Positions 48,721-59,114 are shown, counted from the stretch's first letter. The stretch: DNA of 64,000 bases from Patescibacteria group bacterium (GCA_028868715.1 JAGWUB010000002.1:145716-209715), one strand, 5' to 3'. A program made the numbers and translations. Notes: a model not told the origin generated them from the sequence alone.

Positions 48721-49803
48721 ATGAGTAAAGAAGAAATAGTAGAAGAAAATCCAGTTTTAAAATCTATCGTCAATAGAAGCCTAAATAAGCCTCAAGTTGA
48801 CTCTATTGTAGAGGGTATGGTTATCCTCGTCCAAAAGTCCTCAGTCTTTATAGACTTAGCACCTTTTGGCACGGGTATCATTTACGGCCGTGAATTTATC
48901 AATGCCAAGGACATAATCAAAAAGATACGCTTGGGAGATGTCATCAAAGCAAAGGTTGTCGATGTAGAAAATACTGATGGATACACCGAGCTTTCACTAA
49001 AAGAAGCCAAACAAGCAGTCACTTGGAATGAAGCGGAAAAAGCCATCAAAGCCAAGACTGTAATGAATTTAGAAATTAAAGACGCCAACAAGGGCGGATT
49101 GATCTTGGAGTGGCAAGGCATTCAAGGTTTCTTGCCTGCTTCTCAGCTCAAGTCCGAACATTACCCTAGAGTACTTGATTCAGACAAAGACAAGATCTTA
49201 AAAGAATTGAAAAAACTAGTCGGACAAACTATTCCAGTAATGATCATCTCTACCCTTCCAGCCGAAAGTAAATTGATCTTCTCTGAGAAAGATAATGACC
49301 CAGAAGACAAGAAGGAAATCTTGAGCAAGTATAGTGTCGGGGACAATTTAAACTGTACTGTGGCTGGGATCGTCGATTTCGGAGTATTCCTAAAATTAGA
49401 AGACGGACTTGAAGGCTTGGTTCATATCTCTGAACTTGATTGGGGTCTAGTAGAAGATCCTAGGACTATGTTTAAGATGGGTGATCAAGTACAAGCTAAG
49501 GTGATAGAAATAAAAGATGGTAAAATATCATTGTCTATCAAGGCTTTAAAGGAAAATCCTTGGAAGGAATTTGAGAAGAAATTGAAAAAAGGAGACATAA
49601 TTAAGGGAGTGGTTATAAAGTACAACAGACATGGCGCGCTTATTTCGATCAAGGAAGGTGTCGCTGGACTTGTTCACAACTCAACCTTTGCCTCTGAAGC
49701 AGAACTACATCAAAAACTAGAACTTGGAAAAACTTATAATTTCCAAATCACTCTCTTTGAACCAAAAGATCAAAAAATGACTCTAATATATTTAGAATCA
49801 TAA
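48721..49803 (+). CDS. rpsA: 30S ribosomal protein S1 (short form with four S1 domains)
   Basis: Repeated S1 OB-fold motifs (GxVxxIxxFGxFVxL, GLVHISE). Confidence 0.85.
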   Translation: MSKEEIVEENPVLKSIVNRSLNKPQVDSIVEGMVILVQKSSVFIDLAPFGTGIIYGREFINAKDIIKKIRLGDVIKAKVVDVENTDGYTELSLKEAKQAVTWNEAEKAIKAKTVMNLEIKDANKGGLILEWQGIQGFLPASQLKSEHYPRVLDSDKDKILKELKKLVGQTIPVMIISTLPAESKLIFSEKDNDPEDKKEILSKYSVGDNLNCTVAGIVDFGVFLKLEDGLEGLVHISELDWGLVEDPRTMFKMGDQVQAKVIEIKDGKISLSIKALKENPWKEFEKKLKKGDIIKGVVIKYNRHGALISIKEGVAGLVHNSTFASEAELHQKLELGKTYNFQITLFEPKDQKMTLIYLES

Positions 49804-49821
49804 GAGAGAAAATGTTAACAA

Positions 49822-49855
49822 TAAAAAAAATCCCCGTGCAGGGGATTTTTTTTAT
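49822..49855. terminator. Bidirectional rho-independent terminator
   Basis: ATCCCCGTGCAGGGGAT flanked by A8 and T8. Confidence 0.6.
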
Positions 49856-50568
49856 GAATTAGCAGTAGTTCCTGTTGTCGTCGTTCCTAAGTCCTTGTCT
49901 CCGATAGCATCCATGATACCCATCACTTCCGCAGCGTAATTACGGACAATAGAAGGAGGGTTATATTTTTGAAGTATTTGTTTAGTTGTTTTACTACCAC
50001 CATAGTGCTTGGCAGTATTAGGATTGTTACCACTCAAGTTTCGGGCCAAAACTTCTACAGCCTCATCTTTGGACTTAAAGGTAGTTTTACAAGAGTCCCA
50101 GCCAAACGGATTGTTGCCGCAAGCATGCTTACCACCGGTTGATTCCCTGACTGCAATTGCTGGGATCAGACGATAGTCGAGATTGTTCTTGTCTGCCTCT
50201 TCCGCCATTTTGTTACCCATACCCTTTAAAGGCATACTGTGTGCTGCGAAATAGCTATCTATAGCTTTAGCCTCCTCTTTTAAGAGTTTAGCCTTGTTGT
50301 CAGCAGCCTGCTTAAAAACTGGCATATCTGTATCGATAGCGTGCTGTTGCGACAATATTATTTGGGGAGAAATGTTGGCATCGGTCTTGGCTACGCCCAT
50401 AGAAACCCCAAAAGGCATAGATACTGCTAGTACCGGTAAAATAACAAATGACTCCAAAAGTCGTATTAAATTTTTATTTCGACGAGTAGCAGTCTCATGG
50501 GTTACCTGAGGGTGACACAAACATGTTACTTTTACTGAAGTCGAAACAAACCGAGTTTTATTTTTCAT
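49852..50568 (-). CDS. Secreted protein with a lysozyme-like / SLT-like segment (putative cell-wall hydrolase)
   Basis: Signal-like N-terminus; LIPAIAVRESTGG..NPFGW resembles the SLT catalytic E-S region. Confidence 0.4.
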   Translation of the reverse strand: MKNKTRFVSTSVKVTCLCHPQVTHETATRRNKNLIRLLESFVILPVLAVSMPFGVSMGVAKTDANISPQIILSQQHAIDTDMPVFKQAADNKAKLLKEEAKAIDSYFAAHSMPLKGMGNKMAEEADKNNLDYRLIPAIAVRESTGGKHACGNNPFGWDSCKTTFKSKDEAVEVLARNLSGNNPNTAKHYGGSKTTKQILQKYNPPSIVRNYAAEVMGIMDAIGDKDLGTTTTGTTANS

Positions 50569-50684
50569 ATCATGGCGGTTGTGCTCCGCTAAACTCCGTG
50601 CTTTCAGGGTAGGTCTAAAACAAATATCTTTGCTCTATAGGCTTAACGAATTTAATCAATGCCTATAAAATAAAGACTTTACGT

Positions 50685-50713
50685 ATATTATCATTCTGGG
50701 GGCTAAAAGTCAA
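50685..50713 (-). promoter_or_regulatory. Sigma70 promoter TTGACT-17-TAATAT (minus strand) upstream of the hydrolase gene, leaving a ~115-nt leader
   Basis: Consensus-like hexamers. A second TTGACA-18-TAACTA pair lies directly upstream. Confidence 0.35.
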
Positions 50714-50836
50714 TAGTTATGCAATAAATTTGGGGGGTGTCAAATCAAAAATACCTTGATAAATAAGGATATTTTGTCCTTCTATAGTTGACTAAATAGT
50801 CTAAAAATGGTGCAATTGGATGCCTGTGGAAAAGTT

Positions 50837-52162
50837 TTAGACAATTTCGAAAACTTTCTTGGTAACCTTGTTGGCTTCCCCTGCCCCCATGGTCACAAAG
50901 ACGTCTTTGGGTCCTAGGTTTAGGCCTTTTGTTGCCTTTTCTGCCAATTCAAAGGTAGAAAAAGCTTGAGCTTCCTCACCTGCCAGCCGAATAGCTTCAG
51001 CTAATTTTTCACTAGAGATACTATCGTCCTTCTCTTCTCGGGCAAAGTATATGGGCAAGATGAATACCCTATCTGCTCCCTTGAAACTTTTGGCAAAATC
51101 ATTGAACAAAGCTTTGGTCCGACTGTAGAGGTGGGGCTGAAAAAGCACGGTGATGTTTTTGGCGCTATATGGATAAATTTCACGTAAGGCTTGCAAACTA
51201 GCTTTTATCTCTGTGGGGTGGTGAGCATAATCATCGTATATAATCACACCTTCCTTTGTTTGACCCTTTTCTTCCAATCGTCGCCAAGTACCCTTGAAAT
51301 TACCGAGAGCGCGTTGGGCGACTTCTTCTGGTATTTTTAATATTTCGGCTACGGCCAAGGCGCAAGCAGCATTCATCCTGTTGTGGTCTCCGGGTACGGA
51401 TAATTTTGGAACTTTATCCAAATATGTTAAATAATTTATAACTTTTGCTTTATATTTCAAACTAGACTCATTTTGGAGAACATTTTTAATAGCAGGATCA
51501 TCTGTATTACAAATTATAAAATTCTCCGTTTGCATTACTAGCTCCGAAAAAGCGGACTCTATGTCTGCTATGTCTTTATAGTAATCTAGATGATCGGGTT
51601 CTATGTTTGTAATAACCAAAATTTTTGGTTTCAAATTCAAAAATGATCTCTCGTATTCGCAGGCTTCAACGACAAAAATGTCACTTTTGCCTACTATTAA
51701 ATTGGAGTTACTTTCTTTTAAAAAGGAGCCAATGATGACCGATGGATCTTTGTCAGTATCAATTAAAATTTGAGCAATCATGGCCGTGGTCGTCGTCTTG
51801 CCGTGGGTGCCGGAAACGGCGACAGTATTTTTATTTCTGGTTACTATACCTAGCATTTGTGGATAGCTCAGTACTGGCACATTAAAGGTATCGTTTACTT
51901 CCTTAAAAAGCTTTGGGTCGTATCTTGGAACGGCGATAGTGTAGACTATCAAATCTACATCTTGTGGAATAAGTGTCAGATCTTGTCCGGTAGCTATTAG
52001 AGCTCCAAATTTTTCAAGCTCGGCAGTAATTTCATTCTCGCCAATATCTGAACCGAGAACAGTTTTACCCTCCAAGAGCATCATGCGGGCGATAGCTGAA
52101 ATACCGATTCCGCCTATGCCGAGAAAAAATATTTTATTAATTTTTGATAAATCCAGCTCCAT
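50837..52162 (-). CDS. murC: UDP-N-acetylmuramate--L-alanine ligase
   Basis: FLGIGGIGISAIAR N-terminus, Mur ligase central domain GTHGKTTTT. Confidence 0.9.
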   Translation of the reverse strand: MELDLSKINKIFFLGIGGIGISAIARMMLLEGKTVLGSDIGENEITAELEKFGALIATGQDLTLIPQDVDLIVYTIAVPRYDPKLFKEVNDTFNVPVLSYPQMLGIVTRNKNTVAVSGTHGKTTTTAMIAQILIDTDKDPSVIIGSFLKESNSNLIVGKSDIFVVEACEYERSFLNLKPKILVITNIEPDHLDYYKDIADIESAFSELVMQTENFIICNTDDPAIKNVLQNESSLKYKAKVINYLTYLDKVPKLSVPGDHNRMNAACALAVAEILKIPEEVAQRALGNFKGTWRRLEEKGQTKEGVIIYDDYAHHPTEIKASLQALREIYPYSAKNITVLFQPHLYSRTKALFNDFAKSFKGADRVFILPIYFAREEKDDSISSEKLAEAIRLAGEEAQAFSTFELAEKATKGLNLGPKDVFVTMGAGEANKVTKKVFEIV

Positions 52163-53508
52163 TATTTTAAATTTTTTACTATTTGGATAAATTGATCTCC
52201 CCTATCATACTCATTTTTGAAATATTTACCAAACGAAGAGAAAGCTGGACTGTATAAAATGGTTTCTCCTTTTTTAGCTACAGAAAATGCGCGGTGTACT
52301 GTATCCTTTAAACCCTCTTCTAGATAAACTTCAATTCCTTTCTTTTTTAAAGCATAAATTTTATCTATGATTAAATCTGTGCCCTTCTCTTTAAATAAAA
52401 TTACTTTCGAGCAAAATTTTGGTATTTCTTTTATTAAAGCTGACATATCGAGAAATTTATTATCTCCACCTAAAATCAAAACTATTTTCCGCCTCGAAGT
52501 ATCACCAACGGCTTGTAATGCTGCTATTGTGGCTTCGGGCGTCGTAGAATTATTGTCGTTATATATTTTTATACCTTTTACTGAGCGTAAAAATTCAAGC
52601 CGTCCTGAAACTGGCGCAAAAGTCTTAAGTGCTTTTTTTATTTGAAGATCTGAAATACCCAAGGTGCGTGCTACCTCGACTGCTAACATGGCATTATATT
52701 CATTGTGAGCCCCTGGGAGATTTATCTTCCAACCTTTTGGTAATGTGGTTTTGGGAATAATAATATTATTTTTAATTTTTCCAGCAAATTTTTTAATAGA
52801 TGGTAATGCTTGTTCTCCAATTATCAATAAATCATCTTCTGTTTGATGTTTAAAAACATGAGCTTTGTCCGAAAAATAATTTTTTATATCACCCTTATAA
52901 TATCCCATATGATCATCGTAGAATGTAGTTAATACTGCAATATTTGGTGATACTAAACTATCCCCGAAACCTTGTAGTTGCCAAGAATCTAGTTCAAGCA
53001 CTATGATATCACTCTTACTTACTTGTTTTAAAAGTTGTAAATTTGAGACACCTCTTACGTTTCCACCTAGAATAACTTTTTTATGAGCAGATGTAAGGAT
53101 GTGATTAATCAAGTACACTACCGTAGATTTGCCACGTGTGCCTGTGACTCCAACAACGGGCAAACAAGCAAGCTTGACCAATAATGCTGCACTCATCTCG
53201 ATAGGCACTCCATGTTTTTCTGCTTCTTTGATATATATAGAATCAAGTGGCACTCCGGCGGCTTTTAAAATAAAGTCAGCGTTTCGAAAATCTTCAAGTT
53301 TATGTTCGCCTAGAGTATATTTTATTCCTTTAAACTTTTTTAATTTATCTAGTGAGGCCTTAAGCTGTTCTTTTGTCTTTAAATCAGTGATCACAAGCTT
53401 GGCGCCGCACTCGGCTAAAAAAACAGCATCCCCGACTCCACGCCCAAGCAAGCCCAAGCCCATGACTGTTATTTTTTTATCTTTAAATTCTTTTTGAAAA
53501 TTATGCAT
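52162..53508 (-). CDS. murD: UDP-N-acetylmuramoylalanine--D-glutamate ligase
   Basis: KITVMGLGLLGRG Rossmann N-terminus, GTRGKST. Start is placed at MHNFQ so the overlap with the murE end is only 8 nt. Confidence 0.9.
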   Translation of the reverse strand: MHNFQKEFKDKKITVMGLGLLGRGVGDAVFLAECGAKLVITDLKTKEQLKASLDKLKKFKGIKYTLGEHKLEDFRNADFILKAAGVPLDSIYIKEAEKHGVPIEMSAALLVKLACLPVVGVTGTRGKSTVVYLINHILTSAHKKVILGGNVRGVSNLQLLKQVSKSDIIVLELDSWQLQGFGDSLVSPNIAVLTTFYDDHMGYYKGDIKNYFSDKAHVFKHQTEDDLLIIGEQALPSIKKFAGKIKNNIIIPKTTLPKGWKINLPGAHNEYNAMLAVEVARTLGISDLQIKKALKTFAPVSGRLEFLRSVKGIKIYNDNNSTTPEATIAALQAVGDTSRRKIVLILGGDNKFLDMSALIKEIPKFCSKVILFKEKGTDLIIDKIYALKKKGIEVYLEEGLKDTVHRAFSVAKKGETILYSPAFSSFGKYFKNEYDRGDQFIQIVKNLK

Positions 53509-54679
53509 AGGCTTTTTTATATTCTTCCATGTCGTTAAAATGGTTTTTGACTCCCTTGATGTCTTGATACTCCTCATGACCCTTACCGGCGCAGAGAATG
53601 ATGTCGCCACTTTGTGCCAACTTCACGGATTCTAAAATTGCTTCGCGTCTGTTTGGAATGGTTTTTATTTTTTTAAAGTCGTCTGGAGATAAATCTGCTT
53701 TCATTTCTTCAATAATTTTTTCTGGATCTTCATTCCTTGGATTATCTGAAGTAAAAATAGCAATATCAGAAAACAACACACCGATCTTGCCCATTATTTT
53801 GCGCTTAGCTGGATCACGATCGCCCCCACAACCAAACACCGAAATTATTTTACTGCCATCCTTTCTTATGCCTTGTGCGGTTTTTAAAACATTTTCAAGC
53901 GCATCAGGAGTATGGGCATAATCTATTATGACCAGCACACCACTTTTTGAAGTAAAATGTTCAAATCTACCCCTCGGTGGAGTCACCTTTTTGAGAACTT
54001 CTACAACTTTTCCTTTATCGAAACCGAGAAGGATTGAAGCCGCATACACAGCTAGGGCATTGTACGCATTGAAATCTCCGATCAATCCAGTTTGCAATTT
54101 CTCGCTAAAATCTGCTTTATTTTTTAAACCATAAGTGTATTTTTTTGCTTGAATGTGTTCTAACATCCGAAGTCCGTACTCGTCATCTATATTGGATAGA
54201 GCAAAGGCATCTTTAGGCAACATCTTGAAAAATTTTTTCTTGGCGCCGAAATAATTATCTATGCTTTTATGATAGTCTAGATGGTCGTGAGTCAAATTTG
54301 TAAAGATTCCACCAACAAAATTTATCCCCGCCACGCGGTTTTGGTCGAGCGCATGCGAGCTGACTTCCATAAACACATACTCGCAACCACGGTCGGCCAT
54401 TTCATTTAAAAGTTTGTATAAATTTATGGGGCTCGGGGTGGTGATCAAGGCTGGCCGTCTCTCATTTACAATTATATTTTCCACGGTACCGATAAGGCCC
54501 GCTTTGTAGCCGAGCTCTGTCGTAATTTTATATAAAAGTGTGGCCGTGGTCGTCTTGCCATTTGTGCCCGTCACCCCCACGACTTTCAGCTTTGCCGAAG
54601 GATTGCCAAAAAAATGCATTCCTGCCAAAACCGTAATTCCCCGCCTCTTGAGTTTTAATTTTTTAAGAGGATTTTTCAT
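53501..54679 (-). CDS. murE: UDP-N-acetylmuramoyl-tripeptide synthetase MurE (short, lacking the N-terminal domain)
   Basis: VGVTGTNGKTTTA, DYAHTPDALENVL. Confidence 0.85.
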   Translation of the reverse strand: MKNPLKKLKLKRRGITVLAGMHFFGNPSAKLKVVGVTGTNGKTTTATLLYKITTELGYKAGLIGTVENIIVNERRPALITTPSPINLYKLLNEMADRGCEYVFMEVSSHALDQNRVAGINFVGGIFTNLTHDHLDYHKSIDNYFGAKKKFFKMLPKDAFALSNIDDEYGLRMLEHIQAKKYTYGLKNKADFSEKLQTGLIGDFNAYNALAVYAASILLGFDKGKVVEVLKKVTPPRGRFEHFTSKSGVLVIIDYAHTPDALENVLKTAQGIRKDGSKIISVFGCGGDRDPAKRKIMGKIGVLFSDIAIFTSDNPRNEDPEKIIEEMKADLSPDDFKKIKTIPNRREAILESVKLAQSGDIILCAGKGHEEYQDIKGVKNHFNDMEEYKKAYA

Positions 54680-54685
54680 AATAAT

Positions 54686-55009
54686 TTATGTAATTACACT
54701 GCCGAGTGGAACTTCGATTTCTGGATGAAGTAATATAGCTCGATCGCCAGCGTCCACCGCCAGCAACATACCTTGGCTTTCATATCCCCGAAGTTTACGG
54801 GGCTCGAGATTCATGAGAACTGGCATCTGCTTCCCGACGAGCACCGATGGATCTGGAAAAAATTCGGCTATGCCAGACATTATCTGTCTTTGTTCGCTAC
54901 CAAAATCAAAAACTAGTTTTAAAAGTTTGTCAGCTTCAGGTACCATTTCCGCAGAAATAACCTTGCCCATTTTTATCTCTAATTTTTTAAAATCATCTAT
55001 GGTAATCAT
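54686..55009 (-). CDS. tRNA-binding protein (CsaA / Trbp111 / EMAP-like OB fold)
   Basis: GKVISAEMVPEADKLLKLVFDFGSEQRQIMSGIAEFF. Confidence 0.75.
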   Translation of the reverse strand: MITIDDFKKLEIKMGKVISAEMVPEADKLLKLVFDFGSEQRQIMSGIAEFFPDPSVLVGKQMPVLMNLEPRKLRGYESQGMLLAVDAGDRAILLHPEIEVPLGSVIT

Positions 55010-55013
55010 AGTT

Positions 55014-57551
55014 TTAATTAATTAAAGATTTTCTGTGTTGAGGTGCGTTGATGAGGCCACATTTTTTATATTTATACACTTCACCAGTCGCTGGGTTTAT
55101 AGCTCCACAAGGACATGGATCATTTCTGCCCACTTCTTTTACTCCAGCCACCTGAGCCATCACATCTTTTGGTTCTTCGGGCTCGGTCGATTCCAGTTGC
55201 CTTGTAATTAAAGTCTGTTTTGGTTCATTTATATCTGCTTTTGCGGGTTCAGTAATAGTACTAATCAAAGAGAAAACCTGCTCTTTAAAAGCTTCTTCCA
55301 TTTCTTTAAACATTGCTAGTCCATCTTTTTTATATTCCACTATCGGCTCTCGCTGTCCGTAAGCTCGCAAGTTTACTGATGAACGTAGATAATCCATTGA
55401 TTCCAAATGTTCCATCCAAAGCGCGTCAGTAGTATAAAGTGCAATTCGGCGTACAGTTTCATAAAATGCATCTTCGCCCAATTTTGCTTTTTTCTCTTCG
55501 ATTATCTTTGGAAATTCTTCATGTTCAAGGCTGACGCTAGTAAGCAAAGCCTCTATGCCTTCCTTGTCAGCCCGTAGCATTTTTTGACGTCGTTCATAAA
55601 TAATTTTACGCTGGTGGTTCATCACGTCATCGTATTCCAAAGTATTTTTACGAGCATCAAAATGAAAGCCTTCTATCTTGGCCTGTGCACTTTCAAGAGT
55701 ACGTCCGATAAACCGATTTTCAATCGGCTGGTCTTCGGGGATGCCAAAACGCCCCATCATATTTTTAATTTTATCCGAACCGAATACTCGCATCAGATCA
55801 TCTTCGAGCGAAACATAAAATTGCGTGGCCCCTGGGTCACCCTGTCTACCAGAACGTCCGCGAAGCTGATTGTCGATTCTCCTGGCTTCATGTCTTTCTG
55901 TTCCTAAAACAAAAAGTCCACCGGCGCTTTTCACAAATTCATATTCTTCTTTTACGATGGGGTTGCCTCCGAGCTTGATATCTATTCCACGCCCAGCCAT
56001 GTTAGTAGCTATAGTCACGGCTCCCCGTCTACCTGCCTGCGCAATTATTTCTCCTTCCCTCTCGTGGTTTTTCGCATTCAATATGGTATGTGGCACGCCG
56101 ACTTCTTTGAGGTATGCAGAGAGCAGTTCGTTTTTTTCAATGGAAATAGTACCAATCAAAACTGGTTGACCTTTTTCATTTAATTCTTTAATTCTTTTGG
56201 CGATTGCCTGAAATTTTCCTTTCTCGTTTTGAAAAATAAGATCGGGGTAGTCGGTACGGACGACGGGTTGGTTGGTTGGAACTACTACTACGTCCAATCC
56301 ATACACTTTCAAAAACTCTTCTGCTGAAGTCAGCGCTGTACCGGTCATACCAGAGAGCTTTTTGTAAAATCTAAAGTAATTCTGGAACGTAATGGAGCCG
56401 GAGGATCGGGTTTCTTGTTCAATTTTCACACCCTCTTTTGCTTCAATGGCCTGATGAATACCTTCACTCCAGCGTCTACCAGGCTGGAGACGTCCAGTAA
56501 AAGGATCTACGATTATCACCTCACCGTTTTTTACTACATAATCTTTATCCTTTTCAAAAATAGCTTGTGCTTTAACGGCCGTTTCCAGATGATGCACGTA
56601 TTTTATGCCTTTTTCGGTATAGATATTATCCACCCCGAGCAATTCTTCTGCTTTAGTGATAGCAAGATCTGTCAGAGTAATCGCTTTAAACTTTTCATCG
56701 ACTTCATAATCAGCATCTCGCTTTAATTGTCTGGCAATTTTATAAAATTTAACATAAAAATCTTCAGAGTCGCCTGCCGAAGAAGAGATAATGAGTGGTG
56801 TACGTGCTTCATCAATTAAAATAGAGTCCACCTCGTCAACAATTGCAAAATTGTGACCTCTTTGCACAAGGTCATTTATAGATATTGCCAAGTTGTCTCG
56901 CAAATAATCAAAACCATACTCATGGTTCGTTCCATAAGTAATATCTGTAGCATAGGATTCTTTTCTAGAAGATGGCTTTAAGAAATCATAAACGATTTTA
57001 AATTCGCCGACGCGATCTCGTTCTGCGTCTTCTTCCTTGTGAGTGGCATCATAAACATAAGAAACATTATTGGAATTGATGACCCCGACAGAAAGTCCTA
57101 AAAAATTATATACTTGGCCCATCAAAACTGCATCGCGTCTGGCAAGATAATCGTTGACGGTAACAATATGAACTCCCTCACCAGAAAGTGCATTCAAGTA
57201 AGCTGGCAGAGTTGCCACGAGTGTCTTTCCTTCACCAGTTTTCATTTCAACAATTCTACCGTCATTTAGTGCTAGTCCTCCGATAAGTTGAACATCGTAA
57301 TGTCTTTCACCTAAATTTCTTTTCGCCGCCTCTCGCACCAAAGCAAAAGCTTCGGGTAAAATTGTCTCTAGAGCTTCACCCTTGGATAATCTATCTTTGA
57401 ATTCTTGTGTCTTTAAAGGAAAGTCCCCATCTACCAACTGTGAAATACTCGCCTCAAAAGCGTTGATCTTGGGTACGATATTCTTTGTATTTCCAACAAA
57501 TTTGGAGCTTTCGTCTCCAAATACTTTACTAAATAGACTCATATGTCCCAT
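55014..57551 (-). CDS. secA: Preprotein translocase ATPase SecA
   Basis: DEAD-like motor domains and C-terminal zinc finger CPCG...C. Confidence 0.95.
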   Translation of the reverse strand: MGHMSLFSKVFGDESSKFVGNTKNIVPKINAFEASISQLVDGDFPLKTQEFKDRLSKGEALETILPEAFALVREAAKRNLGERHYDVQLIGGLALNDGRIVEMKTGEGKTLVATLPAYLNALSGEGVHIVTVNDYLARRDAVLMGQVYNFLGLSVGVINSNNVSYVYDATHKEEDAERDRVGEFKIVYDFLKPSSRKESYATDITYGTNHEYGFDYLRDNLAISINDLVQRGHNFAIVDEVDSILIDEARTPLIISSSAGDSEDFYVKFYKIARQLKRDADYEVDEKFKAITLTDLAITKAEELLGVDNIYTEKGIKYVHHLETAVKAQAIFEKDKDYVVKNGEVIIVDPFTGRLQPGRRWSEGIHQAIEAKEGVKIEQETRSSGSITFQNYFRFYKKLSGMTGTALTSAEEFLKVYGLDVVVVPTNQPVVRTDYPDLIFQNEKGKFQAIAKRIKELNEKGQPVLIGTISIEKNELLSAYLKEVGVPHTILNAKNHEREGEIIAQAGRRGAVTIATNMAGRGIDIKLGGNPIVKEEYEFVKSAGGLFVLGTERHEARRIDNQLRGRSGRQGDPGATQFYVSLEDDLMRVFGSDKIKNMMGRFGIPEDQPIENRFIGRTLESAQAKIEGFHFDARKNTLEYDDVMNHQRKIIYERRQKMLRADKEGIEALLTSVSLEHEEFPKIIEEKKAKLGEDAFYETVRRIALYTTDALWMEHLESMDYLRSSVNLRAYGQREPIVEYKKDGLAMFKEMEEAFKEQVFSLISTITEPAKADINEPKQTLITRQLESTEPEEPKDVMAQVAGVKEVGRNDPCPCGAINPATGEVYKYKKCGLINAPQHRKSLIN

Positions 57552-57585
57552 TCTAGCATAAATTTCGCTTTATTAAAAACAAAAA

Positions 57586-57612
57586 ACCCCTCGCAGTGCG
57601 GGGAGTTTTTTG
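57586..57612. terminator. Rho-independent terminator-like hairpin 35 nt upstream of the secA start codon (leader or attenuator candidate)
   Basis: CCCC(T)CGC-AGT-GCGGGGG with T-runs on both strands. Confidence 0.5.
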
Positions 57613-57631
57613 TAAGTAAGAACAAGTGAGA

Positions 57632-57703
57632 CTAAGCTCGCTTCTTTGTAGCTTTCTTCTTCTTTGGAGCTGCTTTCTTCTTTGCTTTCTTTTTTGCTGC
57701 CAT
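57632..57703 (-). CDS. Tiny Lys-rich ORF (23 aa, MAAKKKAKKKAAPKKKKATKKRA) in the secA leader
   Basis: ATG...TAG in a purine-rich tract directly followed by the hairpin above; may be a coincidental ORF. Confidence 0.2.
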   Translation of the reverse strand: MAAKKKAKKKAAPKKKKATKKRA

Positions 57704-58037
57704 AATATTTGTCGCGCGCGCGAAATTAAATTTTTAATTTAGTTTGCAGTAAACGACCTAAAATATTTTCTAAAAATAAAAAAAATAATTTAAAAATTAC
57801 TGCAAAGAACTATATTAATTATCTCGCATATCAAAACATAATACAATGCTTTTTCGACAAAACTGTGGATAACTTTGTAAAACCGAAAATCAATTTTTAT
57901 AAAGCAGTCTATCTGGCGAAGTTTCGCCAGCGAACTGCTCGTCGATCAAGAAAATAATAAGTGTAGTAACCCTTTTATTTTCTAATCTCCTGCGCAAGGC
58001 TTTAAAAAAATTATTTTGGGTTTTTAAAAAAACAAAA

Positions 58038-58061
58038 CCCCGCCGAAAATTTTCGGCGGGG
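58038..58061 (-). terminator. Perfect 24-nt palindrome, terminator after ddl
   Basis: CCCCGCCGAAAATTTTCGGCGGGG followed on the minus strand by TTTTGTTTTTTT. Confidence 0.45.
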
Positions 58062-58193
58062 TAAAATTATTTGCATTTGAAGCGGGTGATGGCGAAACTC
58101 CAACATATGTGCCTATGTGAGTGCGACCACCCGCTACAGATAAAAACAATTCTCTATATAAATTGTATCACAAAATTTATTAAATTATCAAAA

Positions 58194-59114
58194 CTAGTGA
58201 ACTCGTTCTAAAATATGGTCCAAGACATGGTGCGTCTCTACACCAACCAAGCTACATACTTGCGAAAAATGTGAGTCTGCTCTCAAGTCTGGATGGAGCT
58301 CAATATTGAGTAAATAAACCCTGCCCCTAGGAGTCAACACAAAGTCAGACTTTAGATAGTGGCTCGCGCCGATATGATTATATAGATCTCTGGCTTGGGA
58401 ATTTAGTTTATCTTTTTCGAGAGAGGTTAAATTTCCAAAAGTATTACCTAATGGAAAATTATATATATCTTCTCCTCGAAAACCAGAGAGGGAGTGAAAG
58501 GAAGCGATCTTGCCAGAAATAAATTCTTCTACCAAAATACTTTTCTCATGTCTGACTCCATCTTCTATCGCTCCGACTAATTCGTTAAAAGTTTTTGCTA
58601 AGTGGATACCCATGCTCGTGTCGGGGGTAAAAGATTTTACAATCCAAGGAGCGCCAAACTTTTCATGAACTTCCTTTGCTTTTTTTATCGCAAACCTTTC
58701 TCGGGGACCATCAAAATCTTTTTGATATAGAGGAATGACAATTGCTCTCGGCATCTCTACATTAATTTTTTTCATATGCTCTCGTAAAAATTCTCTGCTG
58801 TTTTGTAGGGTTGAAGAAAATCCTCCGGTATTAATATTTGGAATTGATAAATTTTCTAGTGTGTTTGAAAAACTTTGGTGTGTTGTGTTCCAAGCCAGAT
58901 CAATTTTGTTTTGTAGGTCACCGGGATTGATCGGCACACCACCTAGGTGCCAGACACCATCCTTGTCAATTAAAATATCAAAAGTTTTATATTTATCTCC
59001 GAGTTTTTCTTGGATGTGAAAAATAATATCCCCGCCCTTCTGTAGCGAAGAGGTATAGTGCTTACCATCTCCACCACGCAAAACCCCAACTCTTTTTTTA
59101 GCTATAGTGCTCAT
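58194..59114 (-). CDS. ddl: D-alanine--D-alanine ligase
   Basis: ATP-grasp fold; N-terminal VGVLRGG, C-terminal YLLNIE...D motif. Confidence 0.9.
   Translation of the reverse strand: MSTIAKKRVGVLRGGDGKHYTSSLQKGGDIIFHIQEKLGDKYKTFDILIDKDGVWHLGGVPINPGDLQNKIDLAWNTTHQSFSNTLENLSIPNINTGGFSSTLQNSREFLREHMKKINVEMPRAIVIPLYQKDFDGPRERFAIKKAKEVHEKFGAPWIVKSFTPDTSMGIHLAKTFNELVGAIEDGVRHEKSILVEEFISGKIASFHSLSGFRGEDIYNFPLGNTFGNLTSLEKDKLNSQARDLYNHIGASHYLKSDFVLTPRGRVYLLNIELHPDLRADSHFSQVCSLVGVETHHVLDHILERVH

Noticed and set aside
57711-57726. Alternating (CG)6 tract in an otherwise AT-rich spacer as a Z-DNA or regulatory element
   Set aside because: It is too short and isolated to interpret; noted only as part of the hairpin-rich secA upstream region.
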